64,000 bases of DNA, taken from Octopus bimaculoides. Its lineage: Eukaryota. Below are positions 26,039-39,850 of the stretch, piece by piece; the first letter of the stretch is position 1; each line of letters starts with the position of its first letter. The notes under the pieces were generated by a model. The model had not been told where the DNA came from and did not search any database. It was given only the letters and a program-made list of their open reading frames with translations. The stretch lies in NCBI RefSeq assembly GCF_001194135.2, contig NC_068992.1, positions 6,259,712 through 6,323,711 on the forward strand. Direction: 5' to 3'. The position numbers were made by a program, and so were the translations under genes.

Positions 26039-27850
26039 CCTATCGTAATACATACATATAAATATATGTGTGTATTTGTGTATCCACGTGTTTATGTATA
26101 CATATATGGTGCACCAGCATGACCGCAGCCACTTGGCTGAAACACATAAATAAATAAATATGTGTATGCGCGCGTGTGTGTATGCGCGCGTGTGTGTATG
26201 CGTGCGTGTGTGTATGCGCGCGTGTGTGTATGCATATATACATACATATATATATATAATAGGGTGGCTAGATGCAATTTATAACCAAAAAGATTATTTA
26301 CAGTCCCTAAAACTGCCTAAGGTTGTAGGAAGCACCAGCATTGCTAGAAATAAGAGTTCTATGTATTGACAAGGAAGACAAAACCCCCCACAGTAAGCGA
26401 GAGTATCAGATTAGCGAACTAATTTCGCATGAAATTAGTGCTCATCAATGAAACTTAACCATGCTGATGGTGAAGTTAATATTCCACTTGTCTGTATTTA
26501 TAGAATTTACCATAGGAATCAATGGTTGATTCAGCAGAATGGTAATGTGAAAATTAAAAAATAATTAGGGTGGCTAGACACACAAACACACATACTTTGG
26601 TCATATACTCTAACGTTTTCCTATGCACAAAAGGGAAGAGTAAATATTTAATATATTCATTTTAGCTCCACCTACACTTTATTAATGAGGTGCCAAAATA
26701 TCTCTTTATGGACGTCCCTCAGGTGGTGATTGCTTAATTTTGTTACCATTTAAGTTGCTAAAAACGATATAATTGCGTTCGGTCCTGCGATACACAAACC
26801 TCCCTTTTCGCGAATCTTTACGTTAAGTGGGGTTCAATTACTTTCGTAAAATGTAAATTTGCTGTGTAATTTACAAAATTACATCAGTGTATCTATATCT
26901 CATTTTGTTGAGAATGAAATATTTCTACTCATATTGTGAATGTTCAAGGTAACAGTGCTATTATCTTTCGGATACCGAATATGTGTTGAGAATGATGTAA
27001 AACTGTGTAATAGTGTAAAATTAGGTGTAGACTGTTGGTCCTCACTCCGTAAATTGTCTTTCTACATTCGGATATATCAATTATAGTCTTGCATCAGTAG
27101 TGTAATAAATTAGATTTTTGTTTATATATAAATTAACGAGTTTATAATACAATTTGATTTAACATTGCAGCTGCCTTTCCTTATAATATGGATTATAAAA
27201 CTTTGATAGGCAGGTGCATGCATACAACTCTACTTTAGAAATCTATACGTAAACAGTGTTTCGGTTCCTGGATTGTTCATATGGCTTTGTCGAGTATCTA
27301 TAGCGCACCTTTATATATTTTGCTTCAATAGATCGGAATAATTGATTTTCGTGATAAAATGCTTTATAATTAAGTTTAGGGAACCATTAGCAATATTGGA
27401 TTTCGCATCGAAGATGTATGAGGGTTAAACCAGATTGCATAATGGATGTTGAGCATTGATTTCTGATAGTGTAAACCTCAAATCTCTAATCAAATAGTTC
27501 ATACCTTGAACATTTGGTCCTGTAGTTAATCCAAAACTATATTATCTATTGTAACCCTTTTTTCAGAAAAACAATTGAGGTACTTGCTGATCTGACAGAG
27601 ATTTGGTAGTCGAACATGAAAAGAGGCTGCACTGAGGCTATTTCTCGAAAGCCTTACTCACGGAAAACTTTATTCCGTAGTGAAGTAATATTTTTATCAG
27701 CTCGGTAACTTTACATTTGGCTAAACTAAATAACTCGAATTTGAGTGTGTATATATGGTGGATAAATTATATAAAAATATTTTATTGACTATATGAATAC
27801 TATATCAACTTCAGAGTAATAATACCTTATAAAAAACAACTACGGTTTTA

Positions 27851-27901
<51 letters not shown>

Positions 27902-28160
27902 NNNNNNNNNNNNNNNNNNNNNNNNNNNNNNNNNNNNNNNNNNNNNNNNNNNNNNNNNNNNNNNNNNNNNNNNNNNNNNNNNNNNNNNNNNNNNNNNNNN
28001 CTGACTGGTCCCAACATAGGACATGCAGAATATGTAGAGTGGATATGGCTGCATTGTGTGTATGTGTATATATATTATACATTTATGCGTGTGAGTGTTT
28101 GTGCTTATACATACTTACACAAGCACTCACACACACGGGGAACATACAGACAGACAGACT

Positions 28161-28213
<53 letters not shown>

Positions 28214-29504
28214 CGCCTAATGAAAGCTGAACTTACAGTACTTTATTGTTAGGTCGACGTCGACCATAACTATTTTGTTTCCATAGTTTCAGAATTCTTT
28301 ATTAAATTTACTGAAGAGTATTTCTCCAGTGTATAAGATTGAATGAAGTCTGGATACAGTTGATTATGCTATCGTGGAGACTAATATTGGTAGAATGTGA
28401 TTTGCTTTTCATTGACAATAAAGCCTCCCATGAGATAACAAATGGAATTTTATTTCAATGTTTTATACATTCATTAAATAATTGTTCAGTTTTGTTTATT
28501 ATGAGTATTATGTATCGCAAATTTTTTGATATGATATTTTATCTATGCGATTATGAAGACACTGATATTCAATTCTTGTGAAATCGGAAACAGATTCTTC
28601 ATTAAATGATGAAATGAAAATACAACGTTACTATATATTAAGTTTCGAGAAAACAGAAACGGTATGGATGACGGACAGAAATCTTAGCGACTGCATTTAG
28701 GATGACCTGGATAACAAAAGAAAAGTTTAACGACTAAATTTAAGTTGATCAGTGTTGTGGCCCTTTGCTGTTTGAGATTTGCTAAATATTTTCAAAAGAA
28801 TCTCTCAAATGCCAAAAAGTATATTCAGTCACTGTCAAGAGTGGAAATATGTATGACATTGTGCTCACAAACTCTTGCATTGGATTTAGAAAACTTGAGG
28901 CGAAGTAAAAGCTGAGAAGGACAGTTATTTTCTGGAGGTTTGTTCTGCTCATACAGCCGATAGAAGACAAAATTATGACAACTTGACATAGCCTTTCAAC
29001 GGGGTCATCGTAATTCTTCTAAGAAGCTACGTGTAGGAGAGGTGAATAAAGTGAGACAGAATTGATTATATGGATTTGTATATATTAAAAGATGACTAAA
29101 CAATTATATATTAGAGAGAAAACTGGAGTAGGGTATAGGATAATATATTCCAAAATAAATAACTGATGTCAGACTAAAACGAACGCATTGGATACACCCC
29201 CTCCACACACACACACATCGTTTGGAAAGGAAGTTCGGTCTAATTTTTCATATGATCACAGTATTTTTTCTAGATTGGCTTAGCCATAGTGGTTAAAATC
29301 CTATTTTCCTATTTTAAGCAGCGTTTAAGAAGGTTTATTTGGCATCCGATTTTAGCACGTTTCTCAGATAGCTTGATCAATGCCCTAGTAGTTGCGAACT
29401 CGGCCTGCCCCAGGCGTAGAGATAGGAGAATATTGTAGTTCGCTTGGAGCATTGTGTATTGTTTGTAAACAATAAAAAGTTTTGAATGGTACAACGATGC
29501 AATA

Positions 29505-29838
29505 TAATACTAGAAATGGACTATATACCTGTTGTAATTTAGTTTTCTATAGTGCGATGATATTTTGCGTATAACACATAACTTAGAAGCAGCGCTACAG
29601 ATGTACCAACACACACGAGATTGAAACATAACCGACTTCACGCACTTCTCATGAGGAATTCCGGAAGGAGCTTCGTGAGACCACTACTGAGACGCTTCCG
29701 AAAAAAGAAAACCGTTGGAAAACAGTTTATAGCAGAGACTCCATCTAAGAATATCTGAAGAAAGAATTGTATTCCGAAATATCAACGGACTATGGATAAC
29801 TAAATTATAACAAGTATATAGTCCATTTCTTAGTATTA
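29505..29838. mobile_element. MITE with ~34-bp TIRs and TA target duplication (Tc1/mariner type)
   Basis: Left atactagaaatggactatatacctgttgtaattt (29507); right end reverse-complements to atactaagaaatggactatatacttgttataattt (ends 29836); TA on both sides; no ORF. Confidence 0.85.
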
Positions 29839-30247
29839 TAGCACAATGTTGTACCATTCAAGACTTTTTATTTTTTACATATTTNNNNNNNNNNNNNNNN
29901 NNNNNNNNNNNNNNNNNNNNNNNNNNNNNNNNNNNNNNNNNNNNNNNNNNNNNNNNNNNNNNNNNNNNNNNNNNNNNNNNNNNNNNNNNNNNNNNNNNNN
30001 NNNNNNNNNNNNNNNNNNNNNNNNNNNNNNNNNNNNNNNNNNNNNNNNNNNNNNNNNNNNNNNNNNNNNNNNNNNNNNNNNNNNNNNNNNNNNNNNNNNN
30101 NNNNNNNNNNNNNNNNNTATATATATATATATATGGTACCTACATACGTATATGTACGTATCTAGGTGTAATGACATCTACAGACAGATAGACGCCCAGA
30201 CAGACAGACAGACAGACAGACGGACAGACGGACAGACAGACAGACAT

Positions 30248-30288
<41 letters not shown>

Positions 30289-30906
30289 AAGGATTATGAT
30301 AACGGAAATATGTTAGTCATTTCTATACCACAAAACTATTAAATTTTGCTTGTCATTTATTTCATGTCGTATCGATATTTTTGTCGCACAGCTCTTAGTG
30401 TAGATCAACTGCATTGCTTTGCGATATTCTTATTTGACAATTTTCAGTCTTCAAATTGACGGTGATTCCTGTTGAACTAACCAGCATATGAGCCTATTTT
30501 ATTAATCTTAATTAAATTTGTCCTCTTCGCATTGGCCATCGACATGTCACGGTTAGTCACCTCTAGGTTTCATTCTATTGACACTTTACAACTGGATAAA
30601 CATCATATTAATTATTTCACATTCGTTATGAGTTCTCAAACAAACTACGGATCACTTCGCAATATATTACACTTCATTATAGCAACCCCTTATGAACCCA
30701 TTTACAACTAATAGAGAAAATGCTACGACGAAACTGCTAAAATGAACTTCATGGCAGATGGCTCACATTCGAAGTAAATTGGTGAAAATACCTACAAATA
30801 ATGAAAGTGCAGGGAGAGCGAAAACATGATTTTTATCTATAAGCAGTATCTGAGTGCTCAAAGAGGTCAACGAAATGAACAAATTTTAAGAAATAAACCC
30901 TACGAA

Positions 30907-31070
30907 GGCTATGTAGTACGAAGCTTAATTCCCAAATATATGGTACGGGGTTCAGGTCCACTGCATAGCAACCTGAGCAAGTGTCTTCTGCTATAGGCTC
31001 GGGTCGACTAAGAATTTGTGAGTAGATGTGGTAGACGGAAACTGAAAGAAGCCTATCATATATATATATA
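30907..31070 (+). mobile_element. SINE 5' half (43221-type)
   Basis: Diverged match: ggttcaggtccactgc...gcaagtgtcttctgctatag...gtagacggaaactgaaagaagcc. Confidence 0.8.
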
Positions 31071-32699
31071 TATTTTACGGAGGATAATTTAGGTCCTAAA
31101 ATGGTTTTATACATTTGCTAACAACATGGCCGTCGTTGTTACAATGAAGCAAATATAATGAATCCTTTATCAAAGAACGGAGACTTAGTAAGGAATAGTT
31201 TTGAATTAACTTGGTAACGAATAAAGTCATTGTGGCAGACGATTTTCAAACAAAACAAATGAATGAATGAGGTATAATGAATTAAAAAGTAACCACTGTT
31301 TACTCCGATGTCTGCAATGTTATGTTGATTTATTTCCGTCTGTTCACACTCTTCATATGCTAACAGGTCTTAAGGACAACAGGAAATACAAAAACGTAAA
31401 GCAAGTATGTGGCTTTCAGTTTACCATACACATTACCTCAAGTTCGTAGCTCATAGTGATTTTTTTTTATGTATATCATTCGAACAGGTAGAAGTTTTTC
31501 GTAGAAAAATTAGCTTTTCGTTTATTATGATGTTTTTTTCATTTTCTTCTTTTTTTTTGGGGGGGGGGGAAATATTCTTCATGCCGGCAGCAAGTACACA
31601 AGATAGAAAGTTACTATATGAATAAGAAATGAAAAATAACTTAATTCTTATATCTGACTGTGGACTATGGATCGGCAAAATGTAATTTGTGCTATTTTAA
31701 TGAAAAAAACAATGCTCTAAAACAGCTGAATGGAAGTCACTTGCAGACTCAGAAATATTCATGCCCAATGCATGGATGAAACGGAAAATATATTACTAAA
31801 GTGGATTAAGTGATTAGTAGAGAAATAATGGAGAGTTACATTGTAAGTGTATGAACTCTCTTTCGATAGTGTCATGTCCTGATGTTGTATCATCAATGGA
31901 TTTTCAAATGTTTGAGTCACAGCCAATAGCTGCGACGATTGTGTGAATATCGAGGTGAGTAAAGAGGAAGTAAATCACGTACTCGAGAAGCAGATTAGTG
32001 AGCTGGTATCAACGAAGAACAGACTTTGGTTATCTTCACCTCACCTGCTTACTGGATACTTTCTCTTTAAACATGATTGAAGAACTTTCAACTTCTATTT
32101 TTTGTTACATAAGAGGAGGTCCAGATACTTCTCTTGCTGAAGAAATGGTATTTCTACTAAAACATTATTGTTGTTCTTCTCTGCTAAAACCCTATATAGG
32201 CTCAGTTTATATAAACAACCTGTCAAATACAAATATCTAGAAAAAGACATACACCTTCAAAACCTTAATGAACAGGCTAAAATCATTATCAAAGATAAAC
32301 CGATACATGTACCTGAATCCCCCCTTTTCACCATAGGCGAGTAACCTTTTCATAAATAAAGCTCTTAATAACTCTGCACTTTAAAACAAAAACTACAAGT
32401 AAAATAGAGCCAGGGTGTAATATTCCTGAAGCTTGTAGTAGTATATAAGAATGCATGATCTTATGTTTAACGACAATTCTTCTAGATTTCACACATGAAC
32501 GGCAGATGAACACTAAAGCGTCATCAGCAGATGACAAGTGATTTTCGATATGGTGTAACAAGTCAGTATTTGTCCGGAAGATTTGTCAACAAATATCAAA
32601 ACAAACTTTCCCAGCTAGAAATGATATCAATAAATAAAATAGAAGAATTTTAGTTTTAAGTTTTCCATGAGGCTTAGAACACATATAAGCTGCAAAGAA

Positions 32700-32840
32700 C
32701 ACAACGCAACCGTTGAACGGGACGCCGGTCCGTCGCAGGGTTAGCTTACCAGCTATTTACGGAATGCATTTGCTGAGTGAACTGAAGCAACGACGAATGA
32801 AGGTTTTTGCTGAAGGACACTTCGCACCGAAACAGCGATG
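32700..32840 (+). mobile_element. Unclassified SINE-like remnant
   Basis: gctgagtgaactgaagcaacgacgaatgaaggtttttgctgaaggacac; a related decayed piece lies near 8130-8200. Confidence 0.45.
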
Positions 32841-33828
32841 TTACGATCATGAGTGCAAGCTGGAAGACGCTCCTTCACGAAATAGGAGGAAAGTTTTTTA
32901 CAAAGTAATGCGTAAAAGATTATAAGAATAATATACGAGAGGAAATGTTTTGATGTTATGTCAGTAAATACATTAAACCATTTAAAGGAGCGACAGGTAC
33001 CAACCAAGATAAGGGCAAACATCCTTAGCTAGGTGTAGCCATAAGCTGAAAAATAATTTTATTCCTTTGAAGAGACAATTTCTCAGTTTATCTTGATACG
33101 AAATGTGACACAAACTATGTGTTGAAAAGCAAACCATCAAAATATCTAAAACAGAAATTTGAAAGGCAGTATAGAGATATAGTATTTAAAACCTTATATC
33201 ATCCATAACATGCAGTTTTATCTACATCTGCAAATGGAAAATATTTCGTTGAACGTTTAAGGATTGTTTGCCAGGGAACTTATATCAGTATATCGTAGTC
33301 CCAATAGAAACAATTCAGTCTCTGCAAACGACACCATTTCAGAAGAACACATTAAAAGATACTAAAAGTATTATATTTGAGCATATTTTAACGACGCTGA
33401 TAAAGATTAAATATAGAATCGATTACAACGTTTTTTTAGAGTAGAATATTGTTGCAAGGTGGTAGATTCGATAAAATAACTCCAAATAAATGAGACACTG
33501 GTCTAATGTAATGGGCATACGCCACCACTTAAAGAAATATTGACCTTGTTCCAAATCTTGCAATCATTACAGAAGATGGCAAACTGTGGGACCAAAATCG
33601 AGACCTCATGTTTGCGAAGAGAACTTCTTAATCATTTATTGTGTTCTCATTTTTGTATACATATATCCATGTATACTTGCATACATAGAAATGTACGTGA
33701 TTATGACAGCATGCATTATGTTGTATTTAAAATTTAGTAGTTGTAGAGGGTGAGCTATTGTAAAGTGTTATAGTATGGATCTTGAAAGTATAATCGGAAA
33801 TGAGGAGTACAAGACGCTCAAACGCCTG

Positions 33829-34806
33829 TCAACCTAACGTAGAATAAATCACATTTAACTCTAGCATCAGCAGCAATTAGCCATTGATATAAGATTTTAT
33901 CACATCTCCTATTGTACACGGCATCCTCAGGAAATTATGGGGTTTCCTTAAATACTCAAATTTGGTTTCCTTGACACTTAATATACTCTGTGTCTGTTCT
34001 GGAAACTCCTGCACCGCTTTTAAAAATCGATCATACAACCTATGCAGTCCGTTCAAATATTGATTTGCTATTCATTAAAGTAATCTTTTACGAGGGATTT
34101 AATTGTGGTAATGCATTCTACGTTTCCACTTTTATTCGGACGTAGATATTCATACTATTTTCATATTTCATTAGGAATGGTTCTTTAATCTAAGAGAGCA
34201 CATAGCAGTTTAGACATTTTAAAAATGCTTTAAGTAAAATTAAATTGGATTTTCATACTAGATATTTTATCTTGCAATACAAATATACTTCATTATATAT
34301 AAATATACATCGTTGAATTTAGAGAAGATAAATACCATTTGTCTATACTAAGCATCATGTGTACGGCTAATGTCTAAAGTCATACATAGTCAATGAAAAA
34401 CAAAATGTCAGGATCAAGACACGCTGGAGGCAGCTGAGATGCGAAATGACTTTAAAGATGCTGTGATAAATTAAGAGTTATTCTTGTTAATAATTGACAA
34501 TTAAAACGGAAATCGTTGACGAAAACAAGATGGGAAAACACGATTAAAAATGTTTATTGAGTCGATATTTGAAAATAAGAATTACGAGAAGACAATATGC
34601 CTTAAGAGGAAATGAGACGATCAATAGAATTTGGATGGTTGTGTTGTTCATTAGGGCGGAAGACATCCGTATTGCTACTTAAGTTATGATCAACTCTCAC
34701 ATAATTAAATTCTTGGCAACACGTCAGCTCAACCTAACGTAGAATAAACCACACTTAACTCCAACAGCAGCAACAATTAGTCATTTATATAAGATTTTAT
34801 CGCATC
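33829..34806 (+). repeat. Pair of 78-bp direct repeats 900 bp apart
   Basis: 33829-33906 vs 34729-34806; 9 mismatches, no gaps. Confidence 0.9.
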
Positions 34807-37233
34807 ACCAATTCACCGCAAGCTATTATTTCGGCGATTCTTTTTCCTTCTAGTATAAGGAAGCTTTACGTACGACCTTTCCTTTTATTGATAATACAAT
34901 TTTTCAACACATTAAAACCCGTTAATTGCCCACAACTTGGTCTACCATTTCTTTTTAAATGACTAAAGAATAAAAGAAATAGACTATTCGAATTCGTACT
35001 GTTATTACGATAAATTCTAAGCACCCAAACATTTTTATTGCTTTTTCTTTAGTTATTAGTTGCAATCGTTGTTATTTAATGTAGTTTCAACTGTAATGAA
35101 AGAATCGACACTTATTGAAACCTTCGTGATTGGCTTTTAAACCAATTTTCTTTGATTACAATCAATAAATCTAAACGAATTTGTCACTCCTTTACACTAA
35201 TTTATTTCTCCCACTTTTTACTGGGTATATATCAATTATTTTTTTTTTTTTGTTTTTCTAACTCCAATTTTTATCCAAAATCCTATTATTTTTGGCCAAT
35301 ATGAATGGACTTCCAAAATTTCACACGTTTCTAATCATTATGAATTATCTGAGTTTTCATGAATCGCTCGTGCTAATTAGCGTCGAAGTATATATATCGG
35401 GCACAAATGTTATCTCCAACATTATTAGAGCTTCCGAGCCAACAAGTGGTCCAACACGTGTTTATTCGATCTGCTAAAGAAAAATTAATAGTGAGATACT
35501 TTCATTCTAAATAAAGTACAGAGCAAAAGTTCGCGAACTGAGAGTCACGGAAAACCTCTAGAAGACTCCCGAAACTGATTCAAGCACGGTGGTTTTTTTT
35601 ACAGATGGCTCTGAGATATATTTGAGATCTAATAACGCTGTGTAGAATTAGATAGGTGTTACGAAATTACATTGTTTATTTTGTTTTAGTTTCAGATCAC
35701 TTAAAAAGGGATTTATTGATATGTTACGAAAATTATTATATCTGAAAAGTATGTCACCTACATTTCTAAAGTATATGAATGTTCGCTGGTTTCTTTTAAA
35801 ATAAATTTATCACGGCCTTACTAAAGCAGAACATCCGGTTTCGTTAGTAGTTTCAAATAAGACATCGTAAATATACATTGAGTATACCGCTGCTTACCTC
35901 CGCACCATTCCTCGTTACGAGTACTCATAATCAGAGGTATTTAAGCCGTGAGCATCCTTCCTTTTTAATGGTTAGCTATAAAATGTACATTATCTAGTGT
36001 CTTACACTGTTTAAGTTTGGGGTAGTGTAATATGAGGGAGATTAGGTTTCTATTTCTAGCAAGTGAAGCAACTGAATAATGGCTCTGTATGTCACTCACT
36101 GATTATCAAGATGTGCCCTACTGTTGAGTAAGATTAAGACGCATATACTTACCATATATGATTGGCTAAAACACGGAAAACTTCCCCATCCCTGTAGTAT
36201 TTGAGGTTAGCTGTTGCGTTAAGAATTTATTCCGATAACGATGACTGCGAAGATGTCATATTGCTATAGAGAGCGGTGATTAATTTGGTACAACTGTTGA
36301 TAAGAATGTTAGTGAAACATATTTGTGTGTATATATGCGTGCATGTAAATGTGACTATGCGTTTATGTGCAGTTTTATATTTATGAGCTTTGTGTGTTTT
36401 CATTTTGAAAGCTTGCATTTCTAGTGTAATGCCATTTCCTATTCATTTACCAATGTCACTCGTGATATCTATATATTGAATGGAATTTTTATGTATAATA
36501 TTAGACTCCGTCATCCCAGTACACAAGGACATATTTGGTCTCATCTGGGAATAATTTGGTATGATATGTGTATGGTTTCTTCGCTTGTCAGAATATTTCT
36601 TGAATTATTGCTATATTGTTTGAATGATGATAAGGTTTTTTAGACCCGTGACTTTTTAATGCCTTAAGTGTTGTTCTGAAGAATGTTTTTTAGATATTTT
36701 TGTGCCATGTTTCCAGAATTTATGATGTGACATGTTTATGTCTAAATGTATTCTCCACATAGCTATGGCAATTTCAAGTGTGTTATTGGTCCTTCCGGTT
36801 TTTAACGATTTTGTTGTTGCACTCAATATCTTTATTCTCGTAAAGTGTAATTTCTGAGTTTTTTTTTTTTTGGAAACGTTTTTCCTGGTGAAAAGTTTTT
36901 GTGTATTCTGAAGAATATACGAAACACTTAACTTTGCTGAGGTGTTAAGGCTCTCTTCCTCTCTAAAGTTGTTGCACGGCTCTTTCACTGAATCTGTGTA
37001 CATTGGCTCGCAGAAACAATTCTATGGATCGTTCCACGAATTGTCTAGTTATCACTTACTCCTCTTTGTTTCTGCCGAATTATGTTCTCTAATACAATAT
37101 TCTGTATATTCAGTTATTTTAAAGACACTGTTGTAATAACTTAGAAAGATATAACTGCAGATTCTTGAAAGTCAAGCAACACATACACCTTCCGTACTAA
37201 TTAACAGAATCTACAAAAAAAGAGGTGATATCA

Positions 37234-37647
37234 TTAAATTATAATTCTATACCCATACAAACTTACTTCATGAACCAAAAGTAACAATTCTTCGACACGT
37301 ATCGGCTCTTCCTCGGCATACCTAATCATTACAACCATTTTGAAAATAACTTTACGAACCGCATATTGATTAGCATTAAAACACAGCGACGAAGTAGAAG
37401 CAAAAACACTTTTATAAATTACAAAACAGACTGTGATTCTCGAAGAAATAGAACCAGGGTTTCCAGACGTCAATAAAAACATAGTCACTAATATAAACAC
37501 TGCATTACAAACAATCAACAAAATATCATAGACGCATCTAAAAGAGTTTATGCCATAATGTGACGTAAAAATAATCGGGAAGTATTTTTGATGGTATAAT
37601 CTGATTGATAAGGACTTCCTGGATATATATAACAAGAAAAACAACAT
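37234..37647 (-). pseudogene. 137-aa hydrophobic ORF; possible Cys-loop receptor M1-M3 relic
   Basis: Gapless by-eye alignment to nAChR alpha7 from loop C to M2 (Y..FT, FLL, IS..ITV; about 12/53 identities against my recollection of the sequence). Canonical RR, P and EK residues are absent and no extracellular domain is found upstream. Confidence 0.25.
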
Positions 37648-39140
37648 TTAAACATGAAACATTTTGAATATAGCGATAGTTTAACGATATGATGATGCTA
37701 ATAGGGCAATCTGTGATAGGAATTCTCATCATATCTAACAAAATACAAAGCTCCTATGCAATACAAATGCATTACTCATAGGCTAGGCATAAAGTTAGCC
37801 AATGATAGTAATCAAAATAATTGAGATAAATATTTTAAATAATGGAACCACATTTTAGCATGCGAAACTATTTCCATTAAAAGTGTGAGAAATGTCATTT
37901 TCTAAAGCAAACTACATTTATAAATATTTGACTATCACTTCCAAATGCTATTCTTGTACAATGTCTGTGATGTAAAACAAACGTTTGTGTGTTTCTAAAA
38001 TTAGCAAGTTATGACTAGTCTTGGTGTTGTAGATCACCATCCTTTAGTACAAAATAGATTAGTTCGTTCTTCACATTTGGATATGATATTTACATTGATC
38101 GCCTGAACTTAACACGATTATATCTATATTGCAGACCGATCATTCGCTAGTCATCGCTCAAATTATCAGATATTAGCAGGATGGTTTCGAAATCTCATTT
38201 CTCAACGTATTTGTGAATGTCGGAGGAAATTGAATTAACGGAAACTTCCAGTGTTACTCCTATACATAGTGTAATTGTATAAATTTACACCATAAGAACC
38301 GGGTTTTCGTTATTTTAAAGCACTCTATAATAAGAGAGGTTTGGGGTTGTAAGCTGTAAAACCAAAAGTGATTACCAAAATAGTGAAAGCGTAACAAATA
38401 GGTTGGTGCAAATATTTGAGCAAAGAAATAGAGGTGTTCAAGTTGCTTTACAAAGGATCTATAAACTAAGATACGGTAGTACTTTCCTTATGTACTCTGT
38501 CCCTTAAACTTACACATTTTCTTTAACGAATATTTGCTGCAAAGATTGATATTTATATACTTGTGAGATGTCACGGTAGTACGTGTAGTACATGTAGTGT
38601 ATCTAAAATTCAGCGCTAGAGAGTTTACACCTGTAAGAATTGAACAAAATATCCAATGATACGCTTATGGAAAATTAGTTTAACGCAGGAATAAAACTAA
38701 GGTTTTATTGGGATATGAATAGAGCCTTCAGCCCAACGACAGATGAGACAATGCTTGGCTGATTAGCTAAAGCACATTTAAAGTAAAATTATTGCCGTAG
38801 ATTCTGTTTTGAGTAGTTTCGGATGTAAGCTCATATATTTTTGTTCGGTTTTATACACATTATACGAGTATTTTAGTTCGCCTTTCAATCATGGTTTTCC
38901 ATATGGAAACCTACAATCTAAAACTTTGAAGTTGTTCAGCAAAGTTATGGTATTTTATTTTAACACATATTCATTTTAGACTCCATTTCTAATAAAAATG
39001 AAAAACCAAAAACCAACTAAACTGAAAATCGTTGCAGAAAATACCTGAAAAAGTATTTGTGCTTTGAAGCAAATATAGGAATTAAATAAATGCAATTCAT
39101 AATGTATTGAGAAAGGAATCTATATTAACTTATATCTATG

Positions 39141-39342
39141 GCGGTGAGCGAGCAGAATCATTAACGCACTTGTCGGTATTTCGTCCGCCTTCGCGTTATG
39201 AGTTTAAATGCTGCCATGGTCGACTTTGCCTCTCATCATTTCGAAGTCAATAAAATAAATAGCTGTAAAGTACTGGGGTCGATGTAATCGACTTGGTCTC
39301 TCCCCAAAATTGCTGACCTTCGGCCCAGGTTGGAAACCACTG
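39141..39342 (+). mobile_element. SINE (7809-type)
   Basis: ggcggtgagcgagcagaatc...tactggggtcgatgtaatcgactt. Confidence 0.85.
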
Positions 39343-39727
39343 ACTAATGTATAAATATTCTAGAATAATCAGATTTTCAAATTTACAGCCAAGGTAGTTA
39401 TTGATGTGCGTTCGTTTATGTCCCGAGTACAGTGGAAATCAAATAGGTACAGACGATCAACGTCTGCATTTGGGTGGTGTATGTTCTTAGATGTTAGTAG
39501 TTTTCTTGTCTTCTTGTTAAGGTTTTGGAGATCAATAAGATTCCAGTTAATGATGTTAAAATTGTATTGGACTACTAAAGGTGCCAGGATGTTAATGAAT
39601 TCGATGCGATTTTTGCAGTTCAGTTTTTAATATGGGTCATACTTTCCTGTAATACTCCTTTCTTAATTTTTTCTTTCATAGTAGCATGTTGTATGCCATC
39701 TCCTTCGTTTATCCCCGGGTAGTTATA

Positions 39728-39850
39728 GTTCAAATTCCGCCGAGGTTGACTTTACATTTCGTCCTTTCGGGGTCGGAACACTGGGGTCGATGTAATCGAT
39801 CGACTTACCGCTTCCCGAAATCGCTGGCCTTGTGCCAAAATTTTAAATTA
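39728..39850 (+). mobile_element. SINE (7809-type), 5'-truncated, followed by (ATT)n
   Basis: gttcaaattccgccgaggttgacttt...actggggtcgatgtaatcga...gctggccttgtgccaaaattt. Confidence 0.85.

Noticed and set aside
26418-26439. Palindrome actaatttc-gcat-gaaattagt
   Set aside because: A single 9-bp-arm hairpin is expected by chance in 64 kb of AT-rich DNA.
28781-28915. AKYFQKNLSNAKKYIQSLSRVEICMTLCSQTLAL, faintly like a NACHT C-terminus
   Set aside because: The conserved Pro is absent and no Walker motifs lie at a plausible distance upstream.
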